In this document: piece by piece, positions 54,301 through 64,000 of the stretch
Position numbering within the stretch: position 1 is the first letter of the stretch
Layout of the letters: each line of letters begins with the position of its first letter
DNA from: Bugula neritina
Taxonomy: Eukaryota; Animalia; Bryozoa
Direction of reading: 5' to 3'
Assembly: GCA_964035545.1 (NCBI GenBank)
Contig: OZ037768.1
Span: forward strand, 16,847,875 to 16,911,874
DNA: 64,000 bases
The notes under the pieces: generated by a model
Seen by the model: the letters and a program-made list of their open reading frames with translations, nothing else
The model's database searches: none
Told to the model about the DNA's origin: nothing
Program-made: the position numbers and the translations under genes

Positions 54301-57300
54301 AAATTTTACTCGATTACTGATGGATAAAGTAAGTTCTAAGTATAGAAAATATTAAAAGGCTTTTATACTGGTTCCTTGTTGCATTATCAACTTAGATAAA
54401 CTGCAACTCACACAAATATGGATTAAAAGGTAATTTTTAGATATTTTTATCTAATGATATTAATTTAAATACCAGGTGTGTAGATTCTTTACGTTCAAGC
54501 AGCAGATATTGATGCATGTATTTTTGTGACTGTTGATGTACAACTGTTTTTCAAATGCCTGATTTCATACTTGAACTTAAATTGGTTATATATATATATA
54601 TATACACACACACACATGCACGCATGCACGCTCGCATGCACGCACGCACGCACGCTCGCATGCACGCACGCGCGCACACACACAATGGGAATATTGTGCC
54701 AGCTGATGACTCAATTTTTTAGAATTTTTGGAGAAATTTACAAATTAGCAGCAGCAATTTAGCATGCAAAAGTAATTTGAATAAAGCTACTGAGAATTTA
54801 TACAATTATACTGGTGTTGATACTGTATCAGACAAAATGTGTTAATTACAAAAAAGTTATTCATAAAAATACTACAATAATTGTGTTCTAAAATATGGTA
54901 ACGGCCATTAAGTCTGCAACATAATTTGACAAGTGTAAGAAAATAGACTATAACTGACCGGCTAATTTAATTTTATTAAGAAACATGAAAGAGTTATTAT
55001 GGAGACTCAATGTTTAAAAAGAGTTTTATTTTTTAAGGCAAAATAAATGTTCCATATACAAATTGGTATTTATAATGCACAAGTAAGCAATACCTATCTC
55101 CCCTTTTTCAGCTCTGTCTTGTACAGCGCTGTAGGTACATTTGTCTTTACTATCTATGATGTCAGTAAAAAGGACAAAACAAACAAATTATTGGCCTTGT
55201 CAATAAAATAAATTATTTAGTTGACGCTTGCTTTTTTTTCTTTTTAATGTCAATATTTCTTGTACTTTCTGAGCTACTCGCATGTTCTAAGTATGTTTTA
55301 TTTACAGAAAACTGCGACAAAACCAGTTTCAGAAAGTATTGGCAAACTTGTCACTAGCTATTCTCATGTCAAACATAGTGTTCCTAGTTGGAATAGACAA
55401 GACAAGTAACAACATTGGCTGTATTGTGGTGGCAGCTTTCCTCCACTATCTCATCCTTGCTTCTTTTGCCTGGATGTTTGTTGAGGCATTCATGCAATAC
55501 AGACGGTGAGTCATACACCCGTTTAAGTAACTACTAAAAGGTCTAGACCACTTTTACCATATGCTACTTGCGCTGAAAAAACATTCAAGCATACTACTTT
55601 AGTATTTAAAACTAAACAACAAAAATTCCTATTTTACCCTGTTTTTAATAAACTGCCGGCAGGTGCAGTGATTTTCCAATAAGTAATTATGTCTTACAAA
55701 CTTAGATCTATTAGTTATTTTACATTTGTCAGGTTTGTGAAAGTGCTGGGTGCTCATGTAACCCACATACTGTTGAAGGCAGGTCTACCAGCCTGGTTGC
55801 TACCAGCCCTTCCTGTAGCCATTACTTTTATCATAGAACCTCAGCTATATCGAGGTGGTGATAGATTGTAAGTATGATTTCATCTCTCTTGTATGTTATA
55901 TTTTACTAACTTGTAAAGTTATAAGTACAACTTGTTGATATTGTTTTGATATACGTATTACTAAATTTAAAAATTATATTCTATGTTCACTCTTTTAGCT
56001 GTTGGATGAAAACCGAGCCGTTATATTACGCATTCTTGTTGCCAGTGGCTGCCATCATTGTGGCTAACGTAGTTCTTTTCATATTAATACTCCGAGGACT
56101 AACATGTGCCAGACCGGCTCAACTCAGAACTAACAAAAGTGAAGCCGCAATGAGAATGATGTACTTTAAAGCTGGTCTTGCAATTTTCTCGTTACTAGGT
56201 TAGTATCATTAATTATAGCATGCTGAAACTTGTTCACTAGCAATGCATTTCCACACAGAGAATAATGTAAGTTAAAAAAATACATCTAAAAATGCATGTC
56301 TAGAATTCCCCCTGTTGAAGATGACAGTAAAATGCAGTTGAAACATTATTCGTGTAATTCAAGAGTTGAAATCACATGTTGACTTTGATTACTAACAATT
56401 TCATGTGACATTTATCTTAGCAGCCTCATTAAATGGATTTTCAAACTTGTGCACAAGCAGAAAATTCGGCTGTTTGTGCAAATTTCATGCATTCAAACTT
56501 TAATTGGATGATTGTTATTTAGTGAGCCCACTTTTCATGTTTCAATTTTATGATTCCAAATCAATCTTACATTATTGAGAACAGCGAGTGAGACTTGACA
56601 ATAAAATAATTTATACCAGGTCAGCTAAATCATTGGCATTTTACAATTGGTCAGATGAGTTTCGCTTGAGCTGACAACATATTTTGTGAAGCAGATAACT
56701 TCTGCAGCGAACTTTTAGGCGTGTGATTTCTCATTCCGAATTCCGCTCACTGTGGCCCTCCGCTTAATCGCACAAATATAGCATGTTTGTTTCTCACTTA
56801 TACATGCACAGCATGTATGTGGCAAATTTCAATGCATTCTATATATTATCAACATATTTTGTTGTTATATACCAAATTAAATATTTTAGGTTTAACCTGG
56901 GTGTTTGGATTCCTGGCTATCAATGATGCTCGTCTGCCATTTCAATACCTTTTCTGTATAACCAACTCGTTTCAAGGACTTGTCATATTTCTACTGCATA
57001 ACATCCGTGATCCAAAGGTGCTAGCCTGGTGGCGGACCACAGTGTTCCGACTCAAACCCCTTCCGTCTGCACACTCAGGGTCAACGAGTTCCTCTGCTTA
57101 TCTCAAGAAGAGTTTTACTACTACAAGCGTCTCAGATTGTTCAAACTACTTGCAGTCTCCTCCAACCAAAAACCATAAAAACCCAGAGCTTAGTAAAAAT
57201 AGTTTGAAGCCTAATTCTGGGCCTGCTTGTAAAGTATTGGAACAAAGTAAGTTGATATACAGCAGCACTGAGTCTGAAAGCAGTGGATATAACACCAGCA

Positions 57301-57308
57301 ATGTTTAA
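33356..57308 (+). CDS. Adhesion GPCR (ADGRG-like), 25 coding exons, ~1695 aa: signal peptide - Cys module - 2x C-type lectin - Ig - SEA-like - 7x HormR-like - GAIN/GPS - 7TM
   Basis: Exons 33356-33410, 35324-35467, 36164-36209, 37067-37239, 38713-38812, 39609-39632, 41124-41323, 41939-42093, 42456-42756, 43234-43426, 44104-44207, 44570-44777, 45828-46024, 47004-48144, 48319-48562, 49269-49513, 50857-50944, 51534-51624, 52470-52612, 53078-53233, 53592-53719, 55308-55505, 55733-55867, 55999-56198, 56890-57308 join in frame (5088 nt). Motifs: CPPGW, HWTGL, PFVC and PFIC (lectin); C..W.K..GIYMC (Ig); GPS CSYWNFSTSDWSTDGC...CTCNHF/TNFAILL; secretin-class 7TM LHYLILASFAWMFVEA, LLGLTWVFG, NSFQG. Confidence 0.92.
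34840..35030. repeat. Low-complexity TATGC/TATGT-based repeat in adhesion GPCR intron 1
   Basis: Read directly; it generates the spurious ORFs 34825-35094. Confidence 0.75.
51030..51265. mobile_element. hAT-like MITE (~236 bp)
   Basis: Terminal inverted repeats TAAGGGTGGGCAACT / AGTTGCCCACCCCTG (CAGGGGTGGGCAAC type). Flanks GTATAGTT and GTATATAG may be a decayed 8-bp target duplication. Confidence 0.7.
54586..54683. repeat. Compound microsatellite (TA)n-(CA)n-(CGCA/TGCA)n
   Basis: Read directly. Confidence 0.9.
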
Positions 57309-59685
57309 CTTCTGCTACCTTTACTAATTGTTTCATATATAACATTTCATTCAGTCGCACTTCTATTTTATATTTCAAATCTGAGTGTTGAATCACTCTT
57401 CATTGTCTCTCTATACCAAAGAGCATATGCTACGAGTTATGACTTTTATCTAAGGGTAAAACACTGGCATATACCTATTAGATTTAACAATAATAATGTT
57501 TTATCAAAGTGATAATTTCTTTGTAAAAGAAAGTCTGTTATTTTAACGGTGAAAATATTATTATAAAGTCGCTACATTTTCAAATATAATGCTGCATAAA
57601 ATGTTAATAATTATAAGTAAAAAATGGCAATACACACCCACTATTTATGGGCATATAAGTTTTGATATGTTGTTTATATACAGCTACTTTACATTATATT
57701 ATGTACAAAGATATATGAGCATATGAATATAATATTATGTTATCAATGAAGAGATTTGTTGTTTATCTTGTTACGTTTTAGTAGAAATTGCTATAGCTGA
57801 ATGATAAAGTTGGTATATGCATGTGTGTTACTATTATTATAACTAAAGTTTTAGTAAATGACACTACAACTATCATGGATCTGACAATGTCATGGTAAAA
57901 TGATCGCACCAAGCACATTTTTCAGATCAGTCTCGCTGAGATCAATCTACGGAAAGCTGGTGTATATGCATGCGTTGTAATTTTGGTGCACATCTGTTTA
58001 TATACTAATTTATACATACTACATATATCTACTATTCCATACATGCTAAACCAATCTAGGCACCCATTAATGGTATCTGAGTGCCCATATTAGAAATAAC
58101 CTTGTAGTATAGAGTGCCAAATAGTAAAAAATTTACTCATTATCATATATAATGTACGAAAGCTTTTTGTGAGCTATGAGAAAGAATAATGGTACTTTAT
58201 TGTGAGTACATGTGAGCACTCCATAAAGCTTCGCTTTGGTACATCTGCAGCTCTGCCTTATGAGAGATGTCACCTGCATTTAGATGATTAGATTAGTTGG
58301 TGTAGCTAGTAGTTATATGAATGTCAGCACATTATGAAGAAAAGACACTGCTAGTAAGCTGAATCAACTTGGTTTTGCTACAAAATGAATACACTGATAA
58401 TTGTCGTTACGCTGGGAATTACTATTTGCAAGGCTGTTGTGTGAGTTGATACAAATTCCAAATTGCTAAAAACAAACATTATTTTCTGAAATTATTTTTT
58501 CATTTGCAAATTATTATATAAGCTTATAGTGCTACAATTAGGGAACTATTGTATGTTTACAGTATCGCACACTGACTTATTTTGTGAATTGTGGTAAAAA
58601 TACCAAAAATAGACATTTGTTGGAGATTAGGAAAATAAATTACAAAATACATGTATGTGACAATTAAAAGTTTCCCCTGGTATTCAAAGTTGTATTAGTA
58701 TTTATATACATGTATATATATATATATATTGTATAGCTACATATATCTGTATAATATCATGCTACAACCTCAATTCATTGCCTAGCCACACCATGTTGCC
58801 ATTTGCTAGCTTCAAAAATTTGGTCTTTTGAAATTTACTTTCGGCATGCATCATGTATACATGTGTGGTTTATATGATACTCCCAGAGACAGTGTATGTA
58901 CCTGACACTAATTTCCGTTCACTGTGAATCTATTTAGGAGCCGTGAAATGTTAATAGTTTTAGTTGTCAGCTAATATTTCTCTCTGCGTATGTGCACAGG
59001 AATAAGTACTTCATATACATAATCAACTATTAGCATGCATCATTATTTGCACAGGTCTACATTAGTGCATTATAATATAGTGTTACACAAAATCAGTTGC
59101 ATACCACGTACTACTTTTCCATGTTCAAGATCACTTGTAGCACTTCTATTAATAGATAATTGACATAATCTTGTACTGTTACATATTTCAATAATGAATC
59201 ATTTTAAGGTGATGAAAATATTCAAGTAATGAAAGTTCAAATGACTAAAATATGAATACAGAGTATATATCCTGCAATAGTTTATTATTAGTTGGGTTAA
59301 TACAACTTTTACAGACAAACAATAGAATAAACATGCATTGCAAGACACATGTTCTCTTAATGTGCAAGTATTCAAGTTAAAAGTTTAATATATTTGCATA
59401 ATTAATATTATTACATACATGTTATAATATAAGGATGATTAAGCCACAAGCTCAATTAATTCTATTGTATGCTATAATTATATTTTATATTCAGTAATTT
59501 AAGCAGTTCTTAACAGAAAATATAAAACTTTTAGACTAGAAAAAGCCTACTGTTGCCCCAATGGATCAGAAACAAATATAGTCAGAGTTGAACATCGCTC
59601 AAGGATTGTGAAAGAGACAGCAATTGTCAACACAACAGCTATAATTGGCTACAAGAAAGCTCAAAGATGCAAAGGCATGTTTCTT

Positions 59686-59688
<3 letters not shown>

Positions 59689-59746
<58 letters not shown>
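59689..59746. repeat. (TA)n microsatellite
   Basis: Read directly. Confidence 0.97.
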
Positions 59747-59747
<1 letters not shown>

Positions 59748-60736
59748 CTGTGAAATATAGTGCGCTGCTTAATAGAGCTCAATGTTTAAAACAGAGCATA
59801 TCATAAAGTAGAATTGAAATGACACAGTTAAATTTGATATAAAACATTTTATTAGGTACTAATAGTTTCATGCATATTAAAATATACACTCTTCAGATAA
59901 CTGCTTGTGATTGCATTACATCTTGCATTATTGAAGTGTATTCAGATAACATTTTGTATAAACTAAAATTTCGTTACGTTTTGTACATTGTTTCTTGTAT
60001 TTCTACATAGGTGAGAGAAAAAGCATATGGAACCTAAGTACATGGAAAACCTGCCCCATCTACTCCAACACAGCAGAGTAAGTACCCAGAGATGAGTCAT
60101 ACTATGAGCGGAAATCTCATAAACAATCATCATACAAATTTTTTGGAAGAATAATGAGAAACCCAATATTTTATTGGTGAAGTAAGCGGAGAATAAAAAT
60201 ATAAAATATTATTGATTTGTTTAAACTTAGACCAATAACAACTTACAAAACCGAAGATTACGTTGTACCAATTTTTGGACCAGGATGTGATGCAGCAGAT
60301 CAGATATGCTGTGAGGGCTTTGTTAGAACCGACAACAACGAGTGTCACAGTAAGTAGCTAAAAAGTACTTCAGTTGTTGGAAAAGAAATCAAATCTACAT
60401 TAGAATTAAATTTCTAAAAATATTATATAAAACACTGTTACAAAATCACAGTGAAAAAAAGTAAAAAATGTGACTTATGATTAAAGCCGATAGGAAGAGA
60501 TTGTTCAAAGATGCATCCGACTAACAAAAATTGTATAACTTTAGTTTAACACCATTATATACCATAACCCATATAATTTGTTTACAGGTGAGGAAGATAC
60601 CAAAACGCTATCAGATCCCAATGTCAAAAATATACTAGACATTTTAGGAAAGTAGGTGCAGCTTATGCATTTGTAAAAGTGCTAGTCTGTGCATTTAATT
60701 GTCAATAAAACAACCAATGACAAGACTAATAAACAA

Positions 60737-63351
60737 CTAAAACACATTTCTCTCTGCATCTCTTGGCGCATCTTCTTCCATTTCCAAAAATCTGTTGAAA
60801 GAAAATGCATCCAAGTTCACAGTCCGAAATTCATCGTAATTGACCAGCTCTGTTATTGCACGGCCCATGGCAGGCGAGTGTTGTAGCCCGTGCCCGGTAG
60901 AACCATTCGAGAATATAAAGTTATTGAAGTAAGGATGGTTACCAATGATGAGATTTTGATCGATGAAGTTGTAGTCATAGTAACCAGCCCAGCCAGACTT
61001 CAACTTTAACCCCTCAAAGGCGGGTATTCTGTGAGCCAACCTCGGCCATATTTCCTGCTCGAAATAGTCGTAGTCCACATCTTGCAAGTCGGAATGATCG
61101 GGCTCGAGGTGGGAGGGAGGAGACATGCCACAGATGTAGTTGTTGCCCAGACCTTCTCTTCTCACATACACAGAGCCCTGCGAGCAATCTGTGATGAGCC
61201 CACAGTCGAGACCAGGGCCATTGGGACAATGTACGGAGAAGATGTACCGCTTACGAGGCTCTACAGGAAGTGGTATGCTACACACAGGATTCTTTGAGAC
61301 GGTATCCACACCTATACCGGCTAATCTAGCAATCTACAGCACATAACACAATTGTACACATGCACCATGTGAGAATACCCCTAAATATCTGCAAATAACG
61401 TTAACGTAAGGTAGAATTCGCCATTAAGCATTTTCCTGCCATGCTTTAAACTATCACATAATTTCAAACTATAACTTTGAAAATATAGTATCAGCTATGA
61501 AACTTAAGGCACAAAGCAACTGTAACAGAGTTCCACAAATACTTCACGTGAAACACTGAAAGTTGTAATTTTAAGGATATGAATATATATATTGCAATAT
61601 AGAAGAGCAAAGATGTCTGATAAATACATTATAGTAGAAACAATGATACTCTAGCGCAAAGCCATATTTGCCTTTAATATAGCGCAACACAGTTTTTATA
61701 GGGTACACAACTCTAATTTAGGTGAATTAGCAAATATTAGACACTTTATAAAACTTTTAAATACATGAAACGTACCTCTGAGGCCCAAGCACCAGCTGCA
61801 TTCACAATAAGAGGGGCTGTTACTGGCTGCACATCACCATTGGGAAGCTGCACAAGAACTGAGTCTATTATATGACGGTCCTCATCTGACACTACTCTTC
61901 CAGCGTCCGACAGCTACAGAGTAGATCAGATTATACTTGGATAAATATTCCTTTCATACACTATTCTTATCAAGTAATGGATACAGTATAAATACCCATC
62001 TTGACTTGGGTATGTTATATACTATCTATACAATATGTAAGATAATATACAATTCAGTGTGGAACAGAACATTTTTCATTATATTTTAAACTTTCACCGC
62101 AACTGAATTTCCAACTAGAGGCTCTAGTAAATACCAATATTTATGTTTGTAATAAAATAATTAAAAACCAGTACTCACTGTTTTATGTTCGAAGCCAATC
62201 ACTTTGCCATGAATATATGTAATACCGAGATATTTATTCTTTCCTTTTAATCCAGAGAGCAGAGCAGCAGGATCAAACCAGCCTTCCCCCTGCATGCCAA
62301 CACTGGCCACTTCAATACCATCAACGTTCATCCACCGGTACCTTTTCTTCAACATTTCTTGAGTAAGCAGCATGTTGACTGCACCACACTCCATTTGTAA
62401 CTGATGAGACTTGAGCATATCATCCGCCCCTTCCTTATCAGCCAGGATGAGATAACCTCCGTGATTGAACTGCACGTCTGGGGGAGGCTCCCCCTTCACC
62501 GCCAGCAAATCATTTGCACGTCTCAAAAATTCAAAGCCGAACTGCGACATCTCAATGTTTTCTCTACATGAAAATTGCTGCCTCATACCTATAAAACATG
62601 GCTAGTCTATTAGAATCCACCAAATTTATATAGTAACTACTTGGGATTGAAAAATGCCTGTTCAATAGCACTAGCCCACTTGTGTTTGTTTATTCAGCGT
62701 AATTATTGAACTATGCATGGAAGAAGAACTAAACTAACTTGAAAACTATCAAAAATAACATTTGGTAGGGGGAACAGTAATTTAAATATTACAAAAGCAA
62801 AATTTAAGAAAATATGACACATCTCTGAAGAATTGATTTGTTAAAGTCAGAAATATGCGGCAACTTCTTATAACACTGCCACAAAAACATTGACTACAAT
62901 ATTCTCTGTACCAACCTCCAGCCGACAAGAGCGCTGAGGCTTGACAGTAGGCAGTATCTTGTTCTACTACCATCACATTAAGTTTGTTTTGACTTTCTTT
63001 GAGGAAATAAGCAATGCTAGACCCAACGACACTGCCTATAATACAAGAAAAACATTTCAAAGCTGTACCATAAATATGGACTATACTCTGATATTTATCG
63101 TCATCACTATATTACATAAAAATAATGCTAGGAAAAATTTGTCAATTTTTGTTATAAAACTGACCACCAATTATGAGCACATCACATTCTCTTGGACAGG
63201 GCAATATGTTGTCCATACGTCCATCCAGAATACCATGTTTTAGCACTTTGATAGGATCTTTCAAGTCAGACACTGAAGGCAATCTTGCATAAAACCGTTC
63301 GTTGCGATAGAAATGAGTGTTCACACCCAAAAACCGTCTCAATAGTTTCAT
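60737..63351 (-). CDS. FOXRED1: FAD-dependent oxidoreductase domain-containing protein 1 (mitochondrial complex I assembly factor), 5 coding exons
   Basis: Exons 63351-63165 (basic, mitochondrial-targeting-like N-terminus; CDVLIIG), 63035-62916 (VVEQDTAYCQASALLSAG), 62588-62179 (GMRQQFS..ENI.MS, EGWFDP), 61913-61776 (IVNAAGAW), 61333-60737 (LPVEPRKRY, WPRLAHRIPAFE, WAGYYDYN..DQN..IG.HP, GHGLQ). These are FOXRED1-diagnostic motifs. Confidence 0.95.
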
Positions 63352-63551
63352 GTTGATAGATCTAAAAGAAAACTAAACGGCGCCAATTAAAAGTATTCCC
63401 TAAATACATATTTAAGACTTGAGGTTATTGGAGATTTGAATAAAATTCTTAGACCTCTTCTAATGCAGATTGCAAAAGACTAAAATCTACAATGTTGATG
63501 AGTTGTGCTGAAAGTGAATATAATGCTGCTTTAGTTTTATTATTTAACATT

Positions 63552-63690
63552 GATTAGTAATAGTAATACTAATCACTCCTTTTACTAACACTAACAGTAT
63601 ATCAAAATGTAACACTAATAGTAATACCAATACTAATAATAATAGTAATACTAGTTATACTACTACTAATAGTAATACTAATAGCTACAA
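63552..63690. repeat. TACTAA/TAGTAA low-complexity tract of the same type as 6.9-10.8 kb
   Basis: Read directly. Confidence 0.7.
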
Positions 63691-64000
63691 AAACGTTATT
63701 TCAAAATAAATATTTCACATTAAATCATTTGTTTTTAATCTAAATGTCATAATTACAAGGCTCTAGTAAAATAATAACAACATTGAATTTTAATCTGATG
63801 GCGACGGCATGAAGTTACTTGAATACTATCAATATGAATATCATCATGATCAGGGCTACAAGTTTGCAAGTGATTTATAATGCAGTTCAGAAAATGAAAT
63901 GGTTTGGTAAGCAGCGCCGAATTAGGGGTGACTGAGTGAGTGAGTCAGAGATGATTGAATAAATCACACTGGACCGAGTGCAGTAATTTACAGCTCTTAA

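Noticed and set aside
59747-59800. Sequence after the (TA)n run faintly resembling the start of the ribozyme cassette (GAAATATAGTGCGCT vs GAGATATTGCGCT)
   Set aside because: Similarity is too short and there is no hammerhead core nearby.

Overview
AT-rich, intron-rich animal genomic DNA (probably a marine invertebrate; the taxon is an inference). I assembled four spliced protein-coding genes by hand from GT-AG sites and phase-consistent exons. (1) A FAM3/ILEI-domain type II membrane protein on the minus strand, with its last exon not located. (2) A MiT/TFE-family (MITF/TFEB-like) bHLH-Zip gene with 8 coding exons on the plus strand. (3) A 25-exon, ~1695-aa ADGRG-like adhesion GPCR with two C-type lectin domains, Ig, SEA, seven tandem HormR-like modules, GAIN/GPS and 7TM on the plus strand. 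(4) FOXRED1 on the minus strand. Repeats include a decayed CR1/L2-type LINE inside a large TACTAA-like tract, two copies of a fully palindromic MITE, a hAT-like MITE, two related minisatellites and a tRNA-like relic. The standout non-coding element is an intact minimal type I hammerhead ribozyme (29142-29188). It lies in a structured 277-bp cassette bracketed by (TA)n runs, resembling a retrozyme or solo Penelope pLTR, on the sense strand 1.3 kb downstream of the MiT/TFE stop codon. The second standout is the seven-module HormR-like array in the adhesion GPCR.
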